NCBI GenBank assembly: GCA_903865745.1
Contig: CAIPKV010000070.1
Span: 99,898 to 163,897, forward strand
Length of the DNA stretch: 64,000 bases
Reading direction: 5' to 3'
Origin: an uncultured Verrucomicrobia subdivision 3 bacterium
GTDB taxonomy: Bacteria; Verrucomicrobiota; Verrucomicrobiia; Limisphaerales; UBA11358
Part shown: positions 47,210-54,675 of the stretch, piece after piece
How the letters are laid out: each line of letters starts with the position of its first letter
Position numbering within the stretch: position 1 is the stretch's first letter
The notes under the pieces: model-generated
The model's database searches: none
Told to the model about the DNA's origin: nothing
Seen by the model: only the letters and a program-made list of their open reading frames with translations
Made by a program: the position numbers and the translations under genes

Positions 47210-48013
47210 ATGACGGTGACGGCACAGATTGGCGCGGCGATTCCCAGCGTCCCGGCGATGGCAGGGCAATGGGCGGAGGCGCGGGCGTTTCCCGGCGGCA
47301 TCACCACCGCGACGGGCGGCATTTTGGTGGAACTGGTCCAGCCGGACGGGCACCGGACGGACGCCGCAGCGCGAGCGTCCCTACCTCGGGGAACGGAAAG
47401 ACTGAAATCTGCGCCGGGGCCACGCTATTGCATCCGCAAGGGTTTAGGGGGTTGGATTCTGATTTATGACTGGGAGGTGACGACGTTGCCGGATGACAAG
47501 GCGGTTTATTACGCCGCCCACCTTTTGCTGGAGCCCCCGCCGGCACCAATCCACGCCACGGAGCTGGACAATCTGGTGTTTGGTCATGCCTTGGTGGAAA
47601 ACCAACGGAATCTGGGGCGGGATGACCAGGAAACGCTGGCGAAGCAAGGGCTGGCCCGGCGCAAGTGCCAGGCGATTCTGGAGGATGACTCGGCCACGGC
47701 GTTGGAACGGGCCGAGGCGCAGCGGGATCTGGACGAAATCAATGCGTGGGCGAAGAACTATCAGCGCGGAACGGAGGCGGGCGAACAGAAGCAGGTCCGG
47801 GCGATCTCGGCAGGGCTGCTGCGGCTGATCAAAGATCTCGAACGGGCGACGGGCCGGAAGCGGGAGCCGGTGCCGGTGTTGCGGGCGTTCGGCCGCCATT
47901 TGCGCACGCATCTTTGGGAGGCTTCCGGCCGGTCCAGCGGCCGGCGGGGACGGCCGGGGCGGTCGGGGTGTTTCACCTACGAGCCGCCGGCGGGGGTTGT
48001 GTGGGAAAGATGA
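47210..48013 (+). CDS. Hypothetical protein (left-most ORF of the prophage-like region; start uncertain)
   Basis: Protein-like helical sequence (LEDDSATALERAEAQRDLDEINAWAKNYQRG...), whereas the antisense ORF 47444-48112 is Arg/Pro-rich. No family recognised. Confidence 0.45.
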   Translation: MTVTAQIGAAIPSVPAMAGQWAEARAFPGGITTATGGILVELVQPDGHRTDAAARASLPRGTERLKSAPGPRYCIRKGLGGWILIYDWEVTTLPDDKAVYYAAHLLLEPPPAPIHATELDNLVFGHALVENQRNLGRDDQETLAKQGLARRKCQAILEDDSATALERAEAQRDLDEINAWAKNYQRGTEAGEQKQVRAISAGLLRLIKDLERATGRKREPVPVLRAFGRHLRTHLWEASGRSSGRRGRPGRSGCFTYEPPAGVVWER

Positions 48014-48050
48014 GGATGAGCCAAGCCCACGGTTGGCGGACGAAAATGGG

Positions 48051-48899
48051 CTATCCTTTTTTTTCGTGAGCTTCAATCTCCCGGGCAAATTTTTCTGAAA
48101 ATTCACCAGCATGATCTTCGCGGATCACTTCGCTGTCCACCGGCAGCCGATGCAAAATGCTCACGGCCTTGTCGAAGGCCGGACGCAGGGCTTCCTGCTG
48201 TGGTTCGCCGAGCAACAGATACACTTTGAAAGGCTCTTTGGTGTCTTTCACGCTCAGGAGCTGGCCCAGCCATTTATGCGCCTTCTCCCGGATGCTGTCG
48301 GCGGAGCTTAAATCGAAGGACACCGGTTCCAGGCAGTGCCAGACGCCATTTTTCCAGGCGTATTGAAATTCCACCTCATCGTCCTGCACGGAAATTTTCT
48401 TGGACTGGAGATGTTTCAACACGTGGCGGCTTTCCAGGCTGCGACGATATTTCCGCCAAACTTCGTCGTCGCTGCGGCGCTCCTGCTGGGGGCGCTCGTC
48501 GTAACGAGTCACAAGCCGTTCGAAAAGCGTTTCCAAGGTTTGCGAGAGATTCTCGGCCAGCCCGCTGCCGGGCGGAGACCATTGGAGCGAGCTGTCATCC
48601 GGCGGCAACACCGCATGGGCAACTTCCACGACGGAGGCCGGGTGGCCGTTCAACGGCAGTTCCTTCTTCAACTCGTCGCCGATCTCCTCGATGCGGGACT
48701 GGACGAAGCGCATCTGGCTTTTGAAGGCATCGCCATCCATGCCGGGAAACGTTTTGGAGAGGCGGCCGAACGTGCTGCGGCAGATGGCGCTGGCATAGCG
48801 GGCCTCGCGGGAATACAACACCACCCCGACGTTCACGAATTCACCGGTGGTGATGTCGTGCACGTAGCGTAACGCAGAATAGGTGTAGGGTATTTTCAT
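48051..48899 (-). CDS. DUF3037 domain protein
   Basis: N-terminus MKIPYTYSALRYVHDITTGEFVNVGVVLYS matches the DUF3037 signature (Y...RY.PD...GEF.NVGVV). Its ATG overlaps the stop of the upstream kinase gene as ATGA (48896-48899). Confidence 0.75.
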   Translation of the reverse strand: MKIPYTYSALRYVHDITTGEFVNVGVVLYSREARYASAICRSTFGRLSKTFPGMDGDAFKSQMRFVQSRIEEIGDELKKELPLNGHPASVVEVAHAVLPPDDSSLQWSPPGSGLAENLSQTLETLFERLVTRYDERPQQERRSDDEVWRKYRRSLESRHVLKHLQSKKISVQDDEVEFQYAWKNGVWHCLEPVSFDLSSADSIREKAHKWLGQLLSVKDTKEPFKVYLLLGEPQQEALRPAFDKAVSILHRLPVDSEVIREDHAGEFSEKFAREIEAHEKKG

Positions 48900-49711
48900 C
48901 GCAGTGCTTCGCTTAAATTATTTATAGCGGCATCCAGATTTTGTTTCAATGCCCGAACATAGTCCAAAATGCCCGCCAAGTCGCCTTCATTCTGGAGCCA
49001 CTCCGCTGGCAGCGCCACCTGATATTCCTGCAATCTGGCCTCCGTCAACACGTCGAACGCTCCGCCGAAACGCTGAAAGTCGGGAGCGCTCCCGCGCAAT
49101 TCGTCCAGGAAAACATGGCGCAGTTTGTCCGGCTGGCCCTTCGGGAAGCTGATGCCGCCTTTTTCCCAAGGTGCTTTCCAAAACAAGATTCCTTCCGTGC
49201 GGAACGCCAGCTCGTGATCAAAAATCCCGAACTCGCGGCCGTTGGACTGGCAATTGGGATTTGCGACTGTCCGGTCGGGGTTGGCGATGAACGTATCGAA
49301 CGCCAGGATCTCGGCGGCCATCGGCAGCATGGCTTGCGAGATAGGGCGGCCCTTGGCAATGGTGGCAAAACCCGGCGGCAGCTTTTGGGAGCCGAAATTC
49401 CAGCCCAGGCTGGCGGCGGCATTGCGTTTCGCCAGACGGTAGCGGTCATTGGCCTCAGGAATGGTGGCGACGAAATCCGGCTCCACTTGCACCAGGAACG
49501 GTTCGGGCACGGGCAAATCCAGATCGGCCGCCATCAAGGCGGCCACGGCCTCGCGCAGGAGCGAACCAATTCCCGCCTCGCAGCCGCCGGCAAACTTAAC
49601 GACCAATTCCTCCGACCGGCCATCGGCACGCGCACAGGTGACCAAGGACGGCGCGGTTTTCCCAACGCCCATGGGCCGGTGGAATTGATTGGCGGTGACG
49701 GGTGTTAGCAT
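48896..49711 (-). CDS. HipA-like Ser/Thr kinase family protein
   Basis: ...FDTFIANPDRTVANPNCQSNGREFGIFDHELAF... is a HipA_C-type catalytic loop (D.h..N.DR...N.N) plus an (I/F)DH motif. ATG 49711 lies 7-8 nt after GGAG and 10 nt after the stop of the R-M gene. The listed ORF start at 49747 would overlap that gene. Confidence 0.7.
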   Translation of the reverse strand: MLTPVTANQFHRPMGVGKTAPSLVTCARADGRSEELVVKFAGGCEAGIGSLLREAVAALMAADLDLPVPEPFLVQVEPDFVATIPEANDRYRLAKRNAAASLGWNFGSQKLPPGFATIAKGRPISQAMLPMAAEILAFDTFIANPDRTVANPNCQSNGREFGIFDHELAFRTEGILFWKAPWEKGGISFPKGQPDKLRHVFLDELRGSAPDFQRFGGAFDVLTEARLQEYQVALPAEWLQNEGDLAGILDYVRALKQNLDAAINNLSEALR

Positions 49712-49721
49712 CCGTTTCTCC

Positions 49722-52712
49722 TCAGGATGATGGCCGGATGCAATCATCCGTCACCAGTTTTTTTGCATCGGGATAAATGGATGGGACACCGGGAGCCATG
49801 ACGGGTTCGCCCTTCTCAATCTTCGCAACGACTTGCTGGTTCAGGGCGAGGAGTTGGGCGAGCAAATCCTTTTTGGCGTTGAAGCCGTAGGCGGTGAGGA
49901 CGGCGGTGTCCAGCGCGGCGTGGGCGTCCTTCAACGGATTCGCGCCGGGCAATTCGAGGGTGCGATAGAGCGCGCGCAGGCCGCCCTTCAGTTTCGGCAA
50001 CGCCTCGGCGCGCACGCGGCGCAACTCGCGCGCCGCCGCCGCGATGGCGTCAATCTGCTTCACCGTCGCCGTCTGCGGCCACGGGAACGTGTCGAAGACG
50101 GATTCGGCACTGTAACGAAAATCGGATTTCAACTTTCCGCATTTGGTGATGAACCAAAGCCAATGCGTGTGCGATTGCAAAACTCCAAAACTGTAGTCAT
50201 CGGCGAAACCGAACACTTGAATCAGGTTGCTTGGACGAATTGCTGACGAAACAAACATGAAGATCGGGCGCTTCGTCACATAGGCGCAGGCGAGGAACCG
50301 TGGCAGCGGTGTGATAACGGAAAGCATTTCAGGCCGGCCAAAGGAAAGCTGCCACCAACGCGACAGAAATGCTTTGTGGTGCGGGCGCATCTTTCCGTCT
50401 TTATCAATTCCCTCTTTGGCTTTGCGCTCGCGGTCTGGCAACACGTGAGTCTTCACCCATTCAAACGCTCCCGGAAACGTGGCTGCATCAAATTGATTGC
50501 GCTGCCCGAAATCAATGACATGGCGGTCAAGACTCAACTGCGTCAGCGCATCAACACCGTTAAGATATGGGAAGATGACTTCCGCAGACTTCGGGTCTTT
50601 GCTCGTGATTGCCGCGCGTTGATCTTCGCTGAGTAACAAACCTTCGTGTCCAACCATCTGGCCGTTGAAGCAGCGTTGGGGTTCGGTGTTGCAAGCAAGC
50701 GGGCCAGTGACACTCACGTCGGTTTGATCCGAGAGACCAGAACTGATTTCTTCGCACTCGCGGACGTCGAGTTCATAATCCTTGGTTGCCGGGCCACTGC
50801 CGCGCTTGCGCAGTTTCTTTGCAGCGGTAGACGGCTCGACCTTAATCCAGAGCTTGCGGGATTTGGGCAGCAGCGCGGCATCCTGAGTTTTCACCCAGTT
50901 GGCGATCGATACGTGGACTTTGGCTTCGCCCGACCACGGCTGGTTTTCCACGGCTTCCACAATCGTGCCGGTCTTCACCACATAATCGAGTCCGCCCACG
51001 CGGGATTGGTTGTTGCGGATGTTCTGCGTGCCAACGAGTCCGGCGCGTCCGGTCACGGGATCGGCGGCGGTGCAAGCGGGCAGATGGTCGTGGGCTTTGC
51101 GAATCCAATAGACGCAGTAGTCGGCCATGCCCGGAACTTCCGCGTAAGCGCGTCGCAAAGTGTTCACGTAGTCCGGCCCGCGTTCGGGCTTCAGAAGTTT
51201 CGCGCCGAGGAACGGCGGGTTGCCGATGATGACGTCGGCTTTGGGCCATTGCGTCGGAATGTATTCCTGTGTTGTAGCGGCGGTCTGTGACCGCCGTTCT
51301 TCCGCGTCGCCCTCCCGGCGGTCACAGACCGCCGCTACAGGAGAGATCAATGCATCGCAGGCGATGAAATTCTGGTCGAGGTTGTCGAGCGGGAGCGGTT
51401 GTTCGGTGATGTGCAGTTCGTCAATCGCCAGCTTGCGCGCAATCATCATCGTCACCTTGGCGATCTCCACGGCAAAGGGCAGGATGTCGAGACCGTAAAA
51501 GTTTTGCGCGCTCAAATAACTGAAGCGCATCTGACCCTCGCCTTCGCTGGCGTGTTTAGGGAACTCGGTATCAATGCGCTCATAGATGCGCGCCTCCAGC
51601 CGTTTCATCTCGCGGTAGGCGATGTAGAGGAAGTTGCCGGAACCGCAGGCGGGATCTAGCACGCGGAAAGTGTGCATCCGGTCGCGCAGTTCGCGCAGGC
51701 GCTTGAAAGTTTTGGCACCTTCGATCTGTTCCTTCCACGGATCAGTGATCGTCGGCTTGACGATCTTCATGATGTCCGCCGGACTGGTGAAATGCGCGCC
51801 GAATGCGTGACGCTCGTCATCATCCATCGAATGCTGAAAGAGCGTGCCGAACACTTCGGGCTGCACCTTGGACCAGTCGTAAGCCGCCGCCTTGCGAAGC
51901 AGGACGAGTTCGCCGCCCTGGAGTTCCACCCGGGCCGGGTCGCGGAACAGGCCACCATTAAAATAGCGGACATCCTTGTAGCGGCCGCCGGTTTTGGGCG
52001 GATTGGTATTCATGGCCTCGAACAGGCCGCCAATCAAATCGTAACTTTCCGCCGGCGTGCAACATTCCTCCAGGATTTTGGCGACGGTGTATTTCGGCAG
52101 CAGATCAATGTCCTCAGCAAAGAGAGCCACGAGCATTTGCAGGATGAAACGCTGCGCCTCGGGCTGGGGCACGCCGCGCTTCACAAGTTTGCGAAAGCAT
52201 TCGGCCAGACAATCGGCGGCCTCGCGCGTGACGGTTTCACGATCGTTAACAAACGTGGGCTTGGGATTGCCGGGCGCGAGAAATGCGAGCGGTCCCCAGC
52301 GTTGCGCCAAATCTTTCAGCGCGAGCGTGTCCTTGGGCGTGTCGAGGTCGGTGTCGAAATCGTAAATGCGAAACTCATCGAAGTTGCACAGCACGACGTA
52401 GCGCGGGCGATTGGGAACAAGCCGCATCCAATAATCGAAGGCCTGACGGTAGTGCTTTTGCAAATCCGTGCCGCGCTTCTTCATTTCGATCAGCACGACG
52501 GGCTTCCAGACGAGATCGGCAAATGAGGTGCCACCCGTTTCCCCCTTGCTCACACGCATTTCGAGGGTGGCCCCGGCTTCTTTTAGCCCGCCGGCATAGC
52601 CAAAGGCTTGAAAGAGGTGGTCGAGGAAGATTTGTGATTCGCCCTTTTCGTCACCCGTGATGTGCTGCGCGCACCACGCAACGAATTCAGAAAGTTTAGT
52701 CCCGTCCGGCAT
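49722..52712 (-). CDS. Type IIL restriction-modification enzyme, MmeI-like (N-terminal PD-(D/E)xK nuclease fused to gamma-class N6-adenine methyltransferase and a target-recognition region)
   Basis: N-terminal FLDHLFQAFGY...FADLVWKPVVLIEMKKRGTDLQKHYRQAFDYW (D...ExK nuclease). SAM motif VLDPACGSGNFL. Motif IV VIIGNPPFLGAKLL. Start taken at ATG 52712 (MPDGTKLSEF...); the listed ORF runs to 52997 through improbable W/R-rich sequence. Confidence 0.8.
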   Translation of the reverse strand: MPDGTKLSEFVAWCAQHITGDEKGESQIFLDHLFQAFGYAGGLKEAGATLEMRVSKGETGGTSFADLVWKPVVLIEMKKRGTDLQKHYRQAFDYWMRLVPNRPRYVVLCNFDEFRIYDFDTDLDTPKDTLALKDLAQRWGPLAFLAPGNPKPTFVNDRETVTREAADCLAECFRKLVKRGVPQPEAQRFILQMLVALFAEDIDLLPKYTVAKILEECCTPAESYDLIGGLFEAMNTNPPKTGGRYKDVRYFNGGLFRDPARVELQGGELVLLRKAAAYDWSKVQPEVFGTLFQHSMDDDERHAFGAHFTSPADIMKIVKPTITDPWKEQIEGAKTFKRLRELRDRMHTFRVLDPACGSGNFLYIAYREMKRLEARIYERIDTEFPKHASEGEGQMRFSYLSAQNFYGLDILPFAVEIAKVTMMIARKLAIDELHITEQPLPLDNLDQNFIACDALISPVAAVCDRREGDAEERRSQTAATTQEYIPTQWPKADVIIGNPPFLGAKLLKPERGPDYVNTLRRAYAEVPGMADYCVYWIRKAHDHLPACTAADPVTGRAGLVGTQNIRNNQSRVGGLDYVVKTGTIVEAVENQPWSGEAKVHVSIANWVKTQDAALLPKSRKLWIKVEPSTAAKKLRKRGSGPATKDYELDVRECEEISSGLSDQTDVSVTGPLACNTEPQRCFNGQMVGHEGLLLSEDQRAAITSKDPKSAEVIFPYLNGVDALTQLSLDRHVIDFGQRNQFDAATFPGAFEWVKTHVLPDRERKAKEGIDKDGKMRPHHKAFLSRWWQLSFGRPEMLSVITPLPRFLACAYVTKRPIFMFVSSAIRPSNLIQVFGFADDYSFGVLQSHTHWLWFITKCGKLKSDFRYSAESVFDTFPWPQTATVKQIDAIAAAARELRRVRAEALPKLKGGLRALYRTLELPGANPLKDAHAALDTAVLTAYGFNAKKDLLAQLLALNQQVVAKIEKGEPVMAPGVPSIYPDAKKLVTDDCIRPSS
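51273..51339. repeat. 67-bp palindromic (REP/MITE-like) element inside the MmeI-like coding sequence
   Basis: Perfect 24-nt inverted arms, tgtagcggcggtctgtgaccgccg (51273-51296) and cggcggtcacagaccgccgctaca (51316-51339), around a 19-nt spacer. Each arm is itself a small hairpin (cggcggtc-tgt-gaccgccg). Confidence 0.85.
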
Positions 52713-52810
52713 GAATCGGAGATTAACGACAGAGCCGAAAAGTTGCGAGTTTGATTTTGCAGGCTGAAAAAATCGCGGTGGTAATATTTTTTTTAAATAA
52801 GTATCACCAC

Positions 52811-52877
52811 AATCGCCAATGTTCACGGGGCGATTGAATTTCGGCACACGGATTGTGCCAAAAAGCACACGGTTTGT
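52811..52877. promoter_or_regulatory. Operator-like inverted and direct repeats in the divergent region between the R-M operon and the HTH gene
   Basis: aatcgcc-N11-ggcgatt (52811-52835); palindrome ggcacacggattgtgcc (52843-52859); direct half-site repeat gcacacggtttgt (52865-52877). An AT-rich stretch lies just upstream (52775-52800). Confidence 0.4.
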
Positions 52878-52930
52878 AACGCCATAGGGGGTAAAGCGGC
52901 AAAAAGATCGCCGCCGCCACCAAAACCACC

Positions 52931-53242
52931 ATGGCAAAGACAAACATCTCACCGGTCGGGCCGCTTGCGAACACCGCTTCGGTTGTTTCTGCGCCAACGA
53001 CTTCCTCCCAGCCGGCGGCCAATCCCAAAAGCCAAGATGAAATGCTGACCAAGCAGGAAATGGCGGCGCGGTTCAAGGTGTCGGTGCGGACGATTGAAAA
53101 TTGGCTTAACGACGGCTTTCTACCCCGCATCCGCATTACCACCAGGGTGATCCGCTTTTACTGGCCGGAGGTGGTGGCGCATCTGCTCAAAAATTCCAGC
53201 GGGCCGGGGCCGAAGGTCCCTCCAGACGGGCCCAAGGCCTGA
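52931..53242 (+). CDS. Excisionase/MerR-like helix-turn-helix DNA-binding protein
   Basis: MLTKQEMAARFKVSVRTIENWLNDGFLPRIRITTRVIRFYWPEV is a typical Xis/AlpA-type HTH. The true start may be ATG 53042. It is divergent from the R-M operon. Confidence 0.7.
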   Translation: MAKTNISPVGPLANTASVVSAPTTSSQPAANPKSQDEMLTKQEMAARFKVSVRTIENWLNDGFLPRIRITTRVIRFYWPEVVAHLLKNSSGPGPKVPPDGPKA

Positions 53243-53244
53243 AG

Positions 53245-53258
53245 GTGCGTGCCGCACC
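53245..53258. promoter_or_regulatory. Copy 1 of the palindromic junction motif GTGCGNGCCGCACC
   Basis: gtgcgtgccgcacc, 3 nt after the stop of the HTH gene. Confidence 0.4.
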
Positions 53259-53308
53259 GGCCACTGATTTTTAACCGCGAAACACACCAAATACACGAAA
53301 CAAAAAAA

Positions 53309-53947
53309 ATGAAACACATCGTATTCGACATCGAGACCGTGGCGCAGGATCCGACGAAGCTGCTGGCGCTCGCGCCGGAATTCACGGCCGCCGCCAATCT
53401 CAAAGATCCCGATAAGATCGCGGCGAGCATCGCCAAGAAAAAAGCCGACTACCTGGCCGATGCGGCGCTGAATTGGAAGACCGCCGAGGTGGTGTTGATC
53501 GGCGCGGGCGACGATACGGAAATCCAATCGTTCACCGCTGATTCCGAGAAGCAGCTCATCGGTGATTTTCTGAATCTCCTCGGCGATGCGCTGGGCGATG
53601 GCGTGGTGGTGGGCGGGCACAACGTCAAGGCGTTCGATTTGCCGATGCTCGTGAACCGCGCGCGCGTGCACGGCCTGAAAATTCCGCGCAATGTGCTGTC
53701 GTTCTGGCGCGGTCGGCCGCAATGGCACGACAACATTTTCGACACGCTGGAAATTCTCTCCTTCGGGAAATCATTCGATGGCAACGGCGTGGATGACGTG
53801 GCCCGCGTGTTCGGGCTGCCGCCGAAGCTGGGTCACGGCGGTGACTTTCCCCTGCTCTGGCGCGCCGACCGCGACGGGGCCATCGCCTATAACCGGCGGG
53901 ATGTGGAAATAGAAATCGAGATCGCGCGGATTTGTGGGGCGATTTAA
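53309..53947 (+). CDS. DEDD-type 3'-5' exonuclease (PolB-exo-like / RNase H fold), phage recombination module
   Basis: MKHIVFDIETVA (Exo I DxE), VVGGHNVKAFDLPML (Exo II) and a later acidic residue (NIFDTLE or RRD) as the possible Exo III position. Start at ATG 53309 after an A8 tract. Confidence 0.7.
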   Translation: MKHIVFDIETVAQDPTKLLALAPEFTAAANLKDPDKIAASIAKKKADYLADAALNWKTAEVVLIGAGDDTEIQSFTADSEKQLIGDFLNLLGDALGDGVVVGGHNVKAFDLPMLVNRARVHGLKIPRNVLSFWRGRPQWHDNIFDTLEILSFGKSFDGNGVDDVARVFGLPPKLGHGGDFPLLWRADRDGAIAYNRRDVEIEIEIARICGAI

Positions 53948-54051
53948 CCGCGAAACACACGAAACACGCGAAAGAAAAACCATGAACAAATCTGAATCCA
54001 TCACGCACCTGGCGCTCCTTGCGGAGGGCCACCTTTAAACCACCAACAGCT

Positions 54052-54651
54052 ATGAACCGATCCGATTCCATTACACACCTCGCTACTGCGTTGGCTAAAG
54101 CGCAGGCGGAAATGCCGGTGGCGGTGTTTGACGCGACGAATCCGTTTCTCAAATCCAAATACGCCTCACTCGGCGCGGTCATCCACGCGAGCCGGCCGAT
54201 TCTGGCGAAGCATGGGCTGAGTTTGATTCAGTTTCCGATTAGCGGGGGCGCACCTCATCCGGCCTGCGGCCAACTTCTCCCCGGCGCGGAGAAGGATGCC
54301 CCGTCGCCCCGGACATCGCAGCGCGATGTCCCTACCAATGGCGGTCCAGCTGCTGAGTTGGTCGGTGTGGAATCCATCTTGATGCATGAGTCGGGCGAGT
54401 TCGTCGCGGAACGCATCTTGATTCCGCTCACGGAGGAAAAAGGGAAATCTAAAGTGCAATCCGCCGGCAGCACGCTGACGTATCTCCGCCGTTATTCCTG
54501 GGCTTCCATTCTCGGCATGTATTCCGACGAAGATTCTGACGGGGTGGCAACGCCACCTGTCAATGTGCCGCAAGGGGCAAGCTCAACCGGCAAATCCATT
54601 TCTCCAAAACCGGTAGCGGCACTTCCGCCGCCGCCGGCACAACGCAAGTAA
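54052..54651 (+). CDS. ERF-family single-strand annealing recombinase
   Basis: ITHLATALAKAQAEMPVAVFDATNPFLKSKYASLGAVIHASRPILAKHGLSLIQ...ILMHESGEF...GSTLTYLRRYSWASILG are the ERF blocks. It contains an in-frame palindromic repeat insert at ~54247-54345. Confidence 0.8.
   Translation: MNRSDSITHLATALAKAQAEMPVAVFDATNPFLKSKYASLGAVIHASRPILAKHGLSLIQFPISGGAPHPACGQLLPGAEKDAPSPRTSQRDVPTNGGPAAELVGVESILMHESGEFVAERILIPLTEEKGKSKVQSAGSTLTYLRRYSWASILGMYSDEDSDGVATPPVNVPQGASSTGKSISPKPVAALPPPPAQRK
54247..54345. repeat. Palindrome-rich dispersed-repeat-like insert inside erf
   Basis: cttctcc-ccggcgc-ggagaag, plus a perfect 9-bp-stem hairpin ggacatcgc-agc-gcgatgtcc at 54311-54331. It encodes GGAPHPACGQLLPGAEKDAPSPRTSQRDVPT between conserved ERF blocks. 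Confidence 0.6.
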
Positions 54652-54675
54652 ACAACCAACAAACACACAACTGAT

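Noticed and set aside
46737-47225. 162-aa minus-strand ORF considered as a possible degraded integrase.
   Set aside because: No R...HxxR...Y tyrosine-recombinase or serine-recombinase motifs are visible and the composition is odd. It is left unannotated.
47444-48112. 222-aa minus-strand ORF antisense to 47210-48013.
   Set aside because: The translation is an Arg/Pro-rich low-complexity string, whereas the plus-strand frame gives a normal helical protein-like sequence. It would also overlap the DUF3037 3' end.
53120-54182. Minus-strand ORFs 53120-53728 and 53625-54182 across the exonuclease/erf region.
   Set aside because: They lie antisense to well-supported phage genes, have low-complexity Arg/His-rich sequence, and partly translate dispersed repeats (FVCFAVK).
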